IMG/VR virus record: IMGVR_UViG_3300037245_001527 | Coordinates: 1 to 55,310 of that record | Strand: one strand, 5' to 3' | Length of the DNA stretch: 55,310 bases | From: a virus | Lineage: Duplodnaviria > Caudoviricetes | In this document: positions 19,979 through 29,511 of the stretch, piece by piece | How positions within the stretch are numbered: position 1 is the first letter of the stretch | Layout of the letters: each line of letters starts with the position of its first letter | Program-made: the position numbers and the translations under genes | The notes under the pieces: model-generated | Told to the model about the DNA's origin: nothing | Seen by the model: the letters and a program-made list of their open reading frames with translations, nothing else | The model's database searches: none

Positions 19979-20382
19979 TCAACGGTCAAGACCTACGACG
20001 TATGTTGCAGCTACGCAAGGACACATGTGTCGATCAAGGAATCGATACCGCTGGCGAGAATGTCCAGCGTGGTATGCTTATCAACAACCAACTCCTCATT
20101 ATGGAGGCACTACGTTGCCTGCTCAAGGATGACGACAGGTGTAGGACCTGCACACATTGGGTGGTGTTGAACCGACAGGTCCGTAAGTGCGTATGCCCTA
20201 AGATGGTGTACGGTTATGGTAAGGATACCACTGACCCCGATGGGGTAGCGATCGAAGACGACGAGGGTTGGGGTATGATCCCTAACCCACAGTTTGGATG
20301 TATCCATCACAATTCCAAGGAGAACGCGGATGAAGAAGCGACAGATGAGAGAACTGCTGGCCAACAGGACGAAGCAGCTTGA
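19975..20382 (+). CDS. Hypothetical Cys-containing protein
   Basis: CRTCTHW...C...FGCIHH. Confidence 0.55.
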   Translation: MINGQDLRRMLQLRKDTCVDQGIDTAGENVQRGMLINNQLLIMEALRCLLKDDDRCRTCTHWVVLNRQVRKCVCPKMVYGYGKDTTDPDGVAIEDDEGWGMIPNPQFGCIHHNSKENADEEATDERTAGQQDEAA

Positions 20383-21433
20383 CACTGTCAGGGATGCCAG
20401 GAACAGGGCGATGAGCGACAAGCGAGAGGTGCTCAAGCAATTGACCCATCTTGGTAATGTTAGCGAGATACACCGCCAAGAAAACAGTGCGTTGGGTGCA
20501 AGGCTGATCGACTTCAACACGACGATCAATACCATGACCCACGAACTCGCTGACGCCCGAACATGTGCCACTCGACGTGCCCGAAATGAAACGCTATTGC
20601 GTGCCAAGATAATCGATCTCCAAAAGGAGATCAAAGAACTTGGTGGTATTGATATCGCCGGCCTCGAATACCAGGTGCATGAGGCACAGTCTATGAACGC
20701 CACCCTCCAGAGCAGGTTGACCGAAGCTCTGGCACGGGTGGAGGTAGTGCAAATCGATTTACGCAATGCACAAGACAGGAATGTCTCGCCGAGACGGGAC
20801 CCGGACGCCGAGGTCGTTGCACTCAATGCTCTGAATGGGGCGTTGCAATCGGAGAAGGTCCATCTCCAAGGGGAGTTGGCCAAGGCCCATGCCCAGATCG
20901 ACAGTTTGTGTCGGGTTACGGATGATAACCCTAACAAGGTCAAGGCCCTGGAGATAGCAGCCCAGTGCTGGTGTGATGAACACACCGAGTCCACTACCAT
21001 GGATACGAAGCTGGCCGAAGCCATGGCCAAGCGTATCGAACCCATGCTGACTGCTATCGATGAGGCATGGGCTATCATCTTCCATGCGGGCTGGACCAAG
21101 GCCAACGGTGAATGGCGGGAGCGGGCAACGGACTGGCGTGACAGGAACCACATGGACAAAGTCGCAGTGGTCGAGGACCAAGACACCGAGGGTAACCATG
21201 ACAAGGCCGTATCGTTGGCAGCCCTCATCCTTACGGAGTCCGATGTCGTTCTGCACACACGGTTGCGTAATGATATTATCAGAGCTTCAGTTACGCATAT
21301 CGAGCCGCTGTTGGATGGGATCGAAGAGGCATGGGGCATCCTCGCCAACGCACACGGTGGCAACTGGTCGGAAGCAACCGACGAATGGCGTGCTGCCATG
21401 GATCGGTGGCGTTCCAAGTACGTCGATATGTAG
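20330..21433 (+). CDS. Coiled-coil protein with a duplicated C-terminal domain
   Basis: AAGGAG RBS; two IEP..I.EAW.I...EWR..W repeats. Confidence 0.7.
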   Translation: MKKRQMRELLANRTKQLDTVRDARNRAMSDKREVLKQLTHLGNVSEIHRQENSALGARLIDFNTTINTMTHELADARTCATRRARNETLLRAKIIDLQKEIKELGGIDIAGLEYQVHEAQSMNATLQSRLTEALARVEVVQIDLRNAQDRNVSPRRDPDAEVVALNALNGALQSEKVHLQGELAKAHAQIDSLCRVTDDNPNKVKALEIAAQCWCDEHTESTTMDTKLAEAMAKRIEPMLTAIDEAWAIIFHAGWTKANGEWRERATDWRDRNHMDKVAVVEDQDTEGNHDKAVSLAALILTESDVVLHTRLRNDIIRASVTHIEPLLDGIEEAWGILANAHGGNWSEATDEWRAAMDRWRSKYVDM

Positions 21434-21502
21434 GCCCAGCGTCCAGTATCATTTCAATCTATTGTTCATGGGCCCTGGGCCCGGTAAGATTAACAAAGGA
21501 GA

Positions 21503-22792
21503 GTGAGTATGTCCGAAGGAATGATGATAGGTCCACCACTGATTATGATGAAGGACATTATACTGTTGTCCGAGCATGTCGGTGTCGCACGAGTTCACGC
21601 CATTTGCTTGCGTAAGCATATGGACGAGGGTTTTGTGCTAGTGTGTGCCGAAGAGCACATTGTCAATATCATGGATGAGTATGTTCAGGCTGCCATGGAT
21701 AAGGGTGTGCCTGTCGAAGGTATCGAAGAGAATCTCGGCCCCGCAATCTTACTCCCAATGGATGGACCATGATCGAATCAATCACGTTCGCCAAGAGTCC
21801 GGATCTGATCCCACTTGCCAACATCAGGTCATTCCAGCTTGTCCGGTACACCCAACAGGCAGGTGTAGTCTTAACCGGGTGCCTCAAGGACGCCCTCATG
21901 TACCGGTTCTCGCTAGCCGGCCAGAACTATGTTAGTTTTATCAGTGCGTCCGAGTTAGTTTCGGTCCAACCGGTAACTGAGTACGATCTCAAGCACGTCT
22001 ACGTTCGGACTATCGAGCCCGGCGAGGTCATCACTATCCGGTTCAAGGAGTCATCGTAATGGACATAGTAGACAGAGCCTATGCTGCCGCCGAGGCAGAG
22101 GGCCGGGACAAGTGTGTTATGATTCTCTTCCCGTGTTACGCTGACTGGAGTAAGCACAACCGGGTAATACTAAATAATATCCATGTACGTTACTCCGATC
22201 AACACTCCGGGTTGAAGATGCTACCTGTCGACACCCTCATTGTTGTTGACCCTGACAGTGATGAATGGGACAGCAAGGGGTGTGATTACGCCAAGGAAAG
22301 GCTCCGTGCGTCAAGGGATGGTAAGATTACCTTAATTGAGAGGAGTGTGGCATGTGGGTAGGAACTATCAAGCTGATACCCGAGGCTGTGTTTGCAACCG
22401 AGGGGCTGGCCGCAAACTGGCAACGAGTGCGGACATTGACTGCCCCGGAAGGGGTGCTCGTTTTAATCCACGATGTCCCGATGCTCACCTACGATGCACC
22501 GATCGTTGGTCACCTCGATGCCCCGACACTGCAACAGATGGCAGAAGAGTACGCTGTGCTCCATGGCCTCGTCGAGTTGGTGGATTTTGATGCCGCCAAG
22601 TGTATTCTCGTGGGCACGGAAGCCAAGGGCAAACTCAAGTGGTACTTCAACCAGCTCGTCAATGAGTTTGATCAGAAGAATAAGCCTCTTGCTTTCCGCA
22701 CCAGCCAAGACCGACTCGTCGTTGTTAAGCGTACCAGTGATGGGACGCCTGACATTACAATCCTAGACATCATACCCTCGGATACCCAATGA
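21503..22792 (+). other. Four coupled hypothetical CDSs (21503-21772, 21769-22059, 22059-22361, 22352-22792)
   Basis: Overlapping start/stop codons and RBS-like motifs; no recognisable motifs. Confidence 0.6.
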
Positions 22793-23670
22793 AAGTATTT
22801 CTACTCGCACAGACTCGACTCGCTCCCGAAGCCGTTGACTTCTTTACCGAGGTTGATTGGCTACCCGGCATGGAATGTACCGAGGGAGATGCACTCGCGG
22901 AGATGGCTGGCCGTCTCTGCTACAAATCGTGGAAGGCATACGATGGAACGCAAGGAACAAATGCTAACGTCACCAAGGTCCGTGAAGGTAACGTGCCATA
23001 CATTGGTAACATCATTGATAGTGGACATGGCAGCGTGTTGGAGCACATTAACTTCACCTTCGCTTGCATGGGAATATCCAGAGTGTTCACTCACGAGTTG
23101 GTTAGGCATCGTGCTGGATGTGCATACAGTCAGGAGTCTCTCCGGTACTGTCGCCTGCAAGACCTGCAAGTGGTGTTGCCCGAGGACCCTGCTATCACAC
23201 CCGCCAACCGACGGGATGCCCTCGAAGGAATTATGGACCTCAAGAGGGTGATCGCCAAGCTCGACGAGGTGATGATCGCACCACTGAAAAGTTTTTCGCT
23301 CAAGAAAAAACTCACGTCGTGGCTGCGTCGCATCGCCCCGATTGGTATTTCTACCAACATCATCTTCACCGCCAACGTGCGTGCATTGCGACACATGATT
23401 TGCACTCGCACGTCCATCCACGCAGAGGTGGAGATCCGCGAAGCGTTCGCGATAGTGGCGGAGAAGTGCATCGAGCAGTGCCCGGCTCTGTTCCAAGACC
23501 TGTACCCCGATGACCAAGGACAGTACGTCAGTTCATTCACGGACTCGGCCTGTACCAACACGGAGTGTGATTATGAAAGCACGGTCGCCGGACCACCCGA
23601 CATCAGTATCTGCCCCGAGTGTGGGTGGGAGACGGTCGTCTTGGACCAGCGGGACAGGTCCAAGATATGA
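22789..23670 (+). CDS. thyX: Flavin-dependent thymidylate synthase
   Basis: GHGSVLEH and RVFTHELVRHRAGCAYSQESLRY (RHRx7SxR ThyX motif), NVRALRH, EIR. Confidence 0.95.
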   Translation: MKVFLLAQTRLAPEAVDFFTEVDWLPGMECTEGDALAEMAGRLCYKSWKAYDGTQGTNANVTKVREGNVPYIGNIIDSGHGSVLEHINFTFACMGISRVFTHELVRHRAGCAYSQESLRYCRLQDLQVVLPEDPAITPANRRDALEGIMDLKRVIAKLDEVMIAPLKSFSLKKKLTSWLRRIAPIGISTNIIFTANVRALRHMICTRTSIHAEVEIREAFAIVAEKCIEQCPALFQDLYPDDQGQYVSSFTDSACTNTECDYESTVAGPPDISICPECGWETVVLDQRDRSKI

Positions 23671-24931
23671 GGATCAAACTCCGGTTCACACCCGCCGAGT
23701 TTGTTGAACACCACACTTGTATCGAAGCGATACTCCGGGACAATGCCAGTCACGTCATCGATGGGGACTACACACTGACATATACCATGGGTCTTGAGCC
23801 CGCTGATGTTGCTCTTGCCTTTGCATCGCTCGTCGCAATTGCTGAGGTTAACAACCACGTCACCAAGCGGGAGGGTGTCGACGAGGTCAAGGATCTTCTT
23901 CGTGAACTACTATACAGATTGGAGCAGATATGAGGCACCATACAGGACACGTTCGACGTCTCGGCGAAGAGGCACACGCCAGATTCAAACGTCTGGTCGA
24001 TGTGTTTCCTGCTTGCGGACCCGGCTGTGCCCCAGATACCGTCATGGTTAATGGGTCCAAGGTCCGGATAGCAGTCGACGACTTCAAGACAATCCTAGCA
24101 GAGATACGGAGGCTCAAGTGAGGTACCACAATGGCCCAATGAGGCGGGTCAAGCTCACGTTGCAGCATCGTATCGATGACCTCATGGCACTAATGCCAGC
24201 GACCAAGGATCGACACGAGTCTGCTGTTAGGGTTACCAATGGTGCTGACCTCCGTCGAGCCATTGCACCCATTCAATCAATACTGGAAGAACTGAAGAGG
24301 TGCTCGGGATGAGAACTATGGTATCCATAGCACTGGGAATGTCACTCGTAGCGATAGTCCCTGGTGTACAAGAGACAATCTCTCTTGTCATGGTGAACGT
24401 AAATCAGGTAATCGAAGTGCTAAAGGGGTGCTCGGGATGATAAGATTCGCAGCGGGTATACTGGCGTTCCTTGGTCTAGGCTTCTGGATAATAGGACTGG
24501 TGATGCTATGTTCAAGATAACGATCGGCGTCTACAAGGAAGAGGACATCGTATTTTTCATTGAGGCTGATGATGCAACGGCTGCACTACACAAGGCACGT
24601 CGCATGATATACCTTATCACAAGTGCGGGCGTGCTAAGCATCGACGCCGAAGCAACATGATGACTGGGCCCTGGGCCCAAGGGAGAAGAGCATGGGAGTT
24701 TTGAACTGTGATCGGGTGGGTTGCGATAGTATTATGTGCGATAGAATTTCACATACGTTCGGATACCTATGCTACAAATGTTTCGAGGAACTGGTTGGGC
24801 TTGGCGTCACGACGGACATCGGGTTCTTCATGGCCAACGCATCACGACCTAAGATTCCGACGGTGGATGCGAATGATTTCTTCAACGAAATCTTTCCGGA
24901 TCGGAGGGAGGAGCAATGGTCCTCACTATAG
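23667..24931 (+). other. Cluster of small hypothetical CDSs (e.g. 23667-23933, 23930-24121, 24118-24312, 24692-24931)
   Basis: ATGA/GTGA overlaps and RBS motifs. Confidence 0.5.
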
Positions 24932-25359
24932 ATGAACTCATTCGGTTCGTTGATAAGGTTGACAAGACCGAAGGTGGATGCCACATCTGGACTGGTGGGA
25001 CTAACGGCCAAGGGTATGGTTGTTTCTTGGTCGATGGTAAAATAGTAGGGGCACACCGTGTTGCATGGGCTATTGCTCATGAACGCTGGGCCCTGGGCCT
25101 GGTACTGCACAAGTGTGACACACCACTTTGTGTTAACCCTGACCACCTGTATGAGGGTGACAATAGTCAGAACATGATAGACAAGTCACAGCGTGGCCCA
25201 TTGCATTGCAAACAAAAGCTAACACCCGACGATGTTCGGGAGATCCGTCGGCTCCTCTTTCTTGGTTGTTACACCCATCAAGAGATAAGCGAACAGTTTG
25301 GGGTAGACCGGTCTTCGATTGGTAAGATTAACACCGGTAAGTATTGGAGCCACGTCTAA
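24916..25359 (+). CDS. HNH endonuclease with a C-terminal HTH
   Basis: CHIWTG..GYG..AHRVAW..VLHKCDTPLCVNPDHL..N; KLTPDDVREIR..THQEISEQFGV. Confidence 0.9.
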   Translation: MVLTIDELIRFVDKVDKTEGGCHIWTGGTNGQGYGCFLVDGKIVGAHRVAWAIAHERWALGLVLHKCDTPLCVNPDHLYEGDNSQNMIDKSQRGPLHCKQKLTPDDVREIRRLLFLGCYTHQEISEQFGVDRSSIGKINTGKYWSHV

Positions 25360-25856
25360 TGGTATGGAAGGAGACCAACATAGAAGCGGTGGCCTCTCAG
25401 TTTGGGGGCAACCAGACCAATGTACCCGAGCGGCAGAAGAGGAGGATGCGTACACTATTCATCGAAGGGGCAACGGTTCCTCAGTTGATGGAACGATTCG
25501 GTGTGATGAAACGAACCGTTAATTGGGTGCTCAAACAGCCCGACAAGAGGACAAAGGGGGAGGTAGGGAAGTGCCCCACATGTGGTGCCTTCGTCTACCT
25601 CCCTTGCGTGGAGTGTACTACCTTGCAGTACCCTCCAATACCATCACTGTCACCATCGGAGGATTGTGATGTCGAATTGCACGGTCCAGAACTGCAACGA
25701 TACCTCGTGCTCAAAGCAAAGAAGGACGCAGAGGTGGAGGCCAAGACGCACAAGGAGGATGACGAGCACACAAAGCGTGAGCGAAGGCTACTTGATATCG
25801 AAATGGAGCACGATGATAATCTTAACAAACGTCCTAACGTGGCACTGTTCAAGTAA
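25359..25856 (+). CDS. HTH plus zinc-finger hypothetical protein
   Basis: ATVPQLMERFGVMKRTV (HTH-like); CPTC..CVEC. Confidence 0.55.
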   Translation: MVWKETNIEAVASQFGGNQTNVPERQKRRMRTLFIEGATVPQLMERFGVMKRTVNWVLKQPDKRTKGEVGKCPTCGAFVYLPCVECTTLQYPPIPSLSPSEDCDVELHGPELQRYLVLKAKKDAEVEAKTHKEDDEHTKRERRLLDIEMEHDDNLNKRPNVALFK

Positions 25857-26059
25857 TCAGGTCTGGGAAGTTGTATTTTTGAATGAGAAAGGCCAGTTGG
25901 AATACGGGCGTGGTGTCGTTGACAAGTGGGCTGAGCCGACGGCCTTCCAAGTCATCGAACGTTTACGTGAGTTGCGACTCACACATGTCGGAAACGTAAA
26001 GTTCTACAAGGCGTTTGTAGAGAAACGAAACGATTCTCTTTTAGCAAAGGTTCACAAAC

Positions 26060-26503
26060 ATGCTCGGATTACAGATTAAATTGAAAGATGGTGCAATGCT
26101 CCCTTACTGGAGCGACAATCCGAATAGGATGTACGTCCACGATGGTGGCCTTGACATCCGAGCAAACGAATGCTGCATCCTGCTTCCCGGTGAACGGGGT
26201 GTCGTGAAGACGGGGATTCATACTGCATTTTCGCCTCAATACGTGGCCTTGCTGCGTGATCGTTCGGGGTTGGCTGCCAAACACGGCATCACTGTGCTTG
26301 CCGGTGTCATTGACAGTGGGTATAGGGGTGAATGGAGCGTCGTGCTATTGAACACCGGAAAGGTGAGCTATCACGTCGACCCAGGTGATCGCATTTGTCA
26401 AGCGATCTTTGTTGTACCTAACCACCTTGCCATTGAGCAGGTCGACGAGCTTCCCAACTCGGAGCGAGGGGAGAAGGGGTTCGGGTCGAGTGGAAAGCAG
26501 TAA
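26060..26503 (+). CDS. dut: Trimeric dUTPase
   Basis: GGLDI, DRSGLA, GVIDSGYRGE, GDRICQ, RGEKGFGSSG. Confidence 0.96.
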   Translation: MLGLQIKLKDGAMLPYWSDNPNRMYVHDGGLDIRANECCILLPGERGVVKTGIHTAFSPQYVALLRDRSGLAAKHGITVLAGVIDSGYRGEWSVVLLNTGKVSYHVDPGDRICQAIFVVPNHLAIEQVDELPNSERGEKGFGSSGKQ

Positions 26504-26504
26504 C

Positions 26505-26771
26505 ATGAAGCAGTACATGGGCATTCCCCAAGAGGTGGAGATTCCAAACCAAGAGCTTCGAGTCGTGTTCACACGATTGTTAGCCTTAACCGGTGGAACA
26601 GCGATCGAGATTGCGGAGAGCATGGGCGATACGGCCCACGAACGTGAGATATTGCGTACCAGTCGACGCATGATTACACAAGCTTTCAAGGGACACCTGT
26701 ATAAAGCCCACCTTAGACTACCTTGGTGGGAGATACGCCCTCGCAGAGGACGCAGTGGTACCTGTGAATGA
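26505..26771 (+). CDS. Hypothetical protein
   Basis: ATG immediately after the dut stop; followed by a terminator. Confidence 0.55.
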   Translation: MKQYMGIPQEVEIPNQELRVVFTRLLALTGGTAIEIAESMGDTAHEREILRTSRRMITQAFKGHLYKAHLRLPWWEIRPRRGRSGTCE

Positions 26772-26777
26772 GGCCCA

Positions 26778-26811
26778 AGGCCCGGTTTCCAATAGGAAAC
26801 CGGGCCTTTTT
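26778..26811 (+). terminator. Intrinsic terminator ending the replication arm
   Basis: AGGCCCGGTTTCC-AATA-GGAAACCGGGCCT-TTTT; perfect 13-bp stem. Confidence 0.9.
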
Positions 26812-27070
26812 CATTTGTGGGACCTTCTATTGCACATGATTCAAGGCATTTTGTACCAAACGCGTCTGAATACTGGGCCTTGGGCCCTGGGCAAGCTTAA
26901 CAAATAATTTTAATTATTTGTGTATCTACTACCATTGGGGGTGTCGGTACCCACCCGACCATACTAGAAACACCACCTTAGAGGACGACATACCCGTCCA
27001 AGGTGGCACCACACCTTACGGCTTACACCTTGTGGGTGGTGAGCCAAGCCTTGTCAGTCCACCTTGTCGT

Positions 27071-27099
27071 CGTAAGTCCTTACTACATAGCAGGTTACG
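27071..27099 (-). repeat. 29-bp imperfect palindrome, inverted relative to the 30406-30612 copies
   Basis: Reverse complement is CGTAACCTGCT-ATGTAGT-AAGGACTTACG. Confidence 0.75.
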
Positions 27100-27451
27100 A
27101 CGATTCGAGACCTTACCTTACGACTGACAACAACTACTATTTACTATATCTCCCATAAGGGCTTAAAAGAGAGAGAAATAAATATAGTATAGAGAAATAG
27201 GAAATAGTTGTCAGTCAGTCAGCCGGCCCACGAGTCGCCTTTCGACCGCGTGGGTGGCCGTTCGACGGAACACCCTGCCAGATCAACGAGGATAGGCCGT
27301 CCGTCGCCTTGCGTGGCATTCTCGCACGATCATAGGGTCGGACCAACAGGCCGGTAATGGTGCCTTCATTCGCGAGTAAAAAGTTGTAACAAATTCCGTG
27401 CAAACTGCAACCTTACCCAATTGGTAGCATTACCTTAAAATGCAGGCATAG

Positions 27452-27487
27452 AAAAAGCCCCGCCATCTCACGTTGAGACGACGGGGC
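27452..27487 (-). terminator. Intrinsic terminator of the minus-strand island
   Basis: Minus strand reads GCCCCGTCGTCTCA-ACG-TGAGATGGCGGGGC-TTTTT. Confidence 0.85.
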
Positions 27488-27499
27488 TTAGAACCAGAA

Positions 27500-27667
27500 T
27501 CACGCGTCGACAGCTTCCCTTGCTGTTTCGATGTGCCGCTCGCAGAAGATAAAGGTGGTGCCATGTTGCACGACACCATTGGACGCTTTGCGAGTGCAAC
27601 GGACACCATCGGCTTCATGGTACTGGCATTGATTGTTGTCCTTACCAGCTTTTGCCCTCTTGCTCAT
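27500..27667 (-). CDS. 55-aa Cys/His (putative Zn-binding) protein, not in the ORF track
   Basis: GGAG RBS; MSKRAKAGKDNNQCQYHEADGVRCTRKASNGVVQHGTTFIFCERHIETAREAVDA; terminator follows. Confidence 0.65.
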   Translation of the reverse strand: MSKRAKAGKDNNQCQYHEADGVRCTRKASNGVVQHGTTFIFCERHIETAREAVDA

Positions 27668-27747
27668 AATTACTCCCGATTGTTAAGCGTAACAAATTGA
27701 CGACCTTACGAACAGACAGAGCATCCCTCATTTGGGGATACAAATAG

Positions 27748-27890
27748 ACAGTAAGACTTCACGTCCCCTAGCAGAGCCATTGATACATGCCAAGTGGCAT
27801 TGAGTATTCCTATCGGTCAAGTGACCAACGTATTGCATACCCCTGTCGGGTGCTTGGCACTATCCACTAGGGGACGTGAAGCCTTACTGT
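27748..27890 (-). ncRNA. Candidate rod-like structured RNA
   Basis: 24-bp closing stem (23/24 Watson-Crick; the remaining pair is G-U on the minus strand) with further nested pairing. Confidence 0.5.
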
Positions 27891-27945
27891 TGTGTAGACT
27901 CTGCAAGTTGCCCCCGGTCAATTGCATTGGGAAACTCTAACGACG

Positions 27946-27968
27946 CACTCACTCACTCACTCACTCAC
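27946..27968. repeat. (CACT)n tetranucleotide tract
   Basis: cactcactcactcactcactcac just downstream of the ParB-like gene. Confidence 0.85.
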
Positions 27969-27977
27969 GAACGACGC

Positions 27978-29249
27978 TTAGCTGCTGACGGTAGCAGCCT
28001 TGCCGAAGATGTTAAGGTTAGCCGCGGCGATTTCCACCTGGGCTACCTTGTCGACGCGGATGGCCTTGATGAACGCGGCCAGTCCTTCGTCCTCACAAGC
28101 GGACTCCAGTTCGGCCAGCTTGGCCATTACCTTCTGGAGTCGATAGGACTCCAAGTCGACCGCGTTCAGGTTGATGTCCCGGCTTCCGAGAACGACCGCG
28201 AGGGTTCCCTTGACCGCTTCCGAGATATAAGTCTCGGACCGGCTTTCGAGAGCCTTTTTGGTCATCATCTTGGGACCTTCGGCAGCAGCGATAGCTTCGC
28301 TTGCTTCCTTGGCCGAACCGGGGTCCTTCTCCTTGATGATCATTGCTTCCAACAATTCGTTGAAGTACAAACCACCACCTTCGATGGCAACCTTAACAGA
28401 GCCATCGTCGGCCGTAGTGATTGCCACATCGGCAACCGGACCGAACCACGTAACCTCGCGAGGCTCCTTGGTCTCCTTGTCGACCGTCGCGGTGTCACGC
28501 TTCCAAGCCTTGGAAAGCTTGTTCATCTGGCCGGTACTGATAGGCAGATCGTAGTTCTCCCCTTCGGCCAGAATCTTGTCGCTGACCTTGTGCTTGTAAA
28601 GCACTTGCTCGGCGACCCAAGGCCCCAACTTCTTGGCCTTGATGTAGTAACTCCCCACCTTGGTGTGGAGCCATTCCCGAATGCAGTCCCTTCTCGCTTG
28701 CGAGTTGGGCGGCAATTCGGAATACTCACGAACCTTGGCACCATCGCCCGGATAGAGGATCTTACCAATCTGCTGATACAGTTTGGCAGTCACTTCGATT
28801 TCCGAGAAACCACGGTCGAATAGGCGATAGATCGCATTGACGACTTCGGCCGGACTCGCTTGGAGCGAGGCACCTTGGTCGAAAACTTGCTCTTCCGCTT
28901 CCGCTTCCGTACCCTCGAAAAAGATTACCGGGACGGTTTCCAGGGACTGAACCAACTCGAACGAGAAGTCCGCCGGGTGGGCCAGTATGTACGCTACCGC
29001 ATCCGATCGACGATGACCTTGAAGCCGGATAACCGAACCCTTCGGCAACCCATGCTTTTCACAGAATTCGTCGGACGCAACCCACACCAATAGGGGATGG
29101 GGGACGCCCCCGAACCGGACGATTTCCTCCACCATGGACGGAATATCCATGTTGTTGGCGAACCGGTAATTCCAGGAAAAGGCCAGAGCCAATTGAATGA
29201 ATGGCAATGCCACGATTTTGTCGATAACGGTCTGCTTTTTGTTAGCCAT
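27978..29249 (-). CDS. ParB-like protein (ParB/Srx N-domain plus HTH), about 423 aa
   Basis: NYR..DIPSMVEEIVRFGGVPHPLLV..LQGHRRSDAV..VPV (GxRR patch), then SPAEVVNAIYRLFDRGFSEIEVTAKL; likely ATG at 29249. Confidence 0.7.
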   Translation of the reverse strand: MANKKQTVIDKIVALPFIQLALAFSWNYRFANNMDIPSMVEEIVRFGGVPHPLLVWVASDEFCEKHGLPKGSVIRLQGHRRSDAVAYILAHPADFSFELVQSLETVPVIFFEGTEAEAEEQVFDQGASLQASPAEVVNAIYRLFDRGFSEIEVTAKLYQQIGKILYPGDGAKVREYSELPPNSQARRDCIREWLHTKVGSYYIKAKKLGPWVAEQVLYKHKVSDKILAEGENYDLPISTGQMNKLSKAWKRDTATVDKETKEPREVTWFGPVADVAITTADDGSVKVAIEGGGLYFNELLEAMIIKEKDPGSAKEASEAIAAAEGPKMMTKKALESRSETYISEAVKGTLAVVLGSRDINLNAVDLESYRLQKVMAKLAELESACEDEGLAAFIKAIRVDKVAQVEIAAANLNIFGKAATVSS

Positions 29250-29343
29250 TGGAATAGTCTTTCTGTAAAGATAGACCAGGGGCAACTAGCAGAATCTACA
29301 CACTACGGCCCGTCAATGGCAGCCTTGACACTTGTTAAGGTTA

Positions 29344-29439
29344 TCAGCGGTAATCGGAATCGTAGAACATGAACCGACGAACACAGATCAGAAGCGGAAC
29401 AATCGTCAAAAATGCTATTAGTGGGATCATCGTGGCCAT
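29344..29439 (-). CDS. Small hydrophobic peptide (28-31 aa)
   Basis: MATMIPLIAFLTIVPLLICVRRFMFYDSDYR; AGGA RBS before the second ATG; fills the loop of an inverted-repeat pair. Confidence 0.5.
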   Translation of the reverse strand: MATMIPLIAFLTIVPLLICVRRFMFYDSDYR

Positions 29440-29511
29440 CCTATCTGTCAAGGCAGCCATTGACGAACCGTAGCACTTACAGGGCCCAGTACATCCTACC
29501 CGGTAAAAAGT

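Noticed and set aside
20110-21417. Long antisense ORFs (also 18411-19334, 46926-48056, 11830-12681 and the + strand 27876-28823)
   Set aside because: They shadow well-supported genes on the opposite strand and lack motifs; this is expected from codon bias.
24916-25359. Intron- or intein-associated homing endonuclease
   Set aside because: The HNH gene is free-standing; PolA, RNR, ThyX and TerL appear uninterrupted.
27748-27890. Retron msr-msd (a1/a2 repeats) or DGR element
   Set aside because: No reverse transcriptase motif (YxDD) in any nearby ORF, and no TR/VR pair with adenine-specific differences was seen.
27891-29302. IS element with terminal inverted repeats
   Set aside because: The enclosed protein is ParB-like with no DDE or HUH motif, no target duplication is evident, and the strand-specific G-U mismatches favour an RNA stem.
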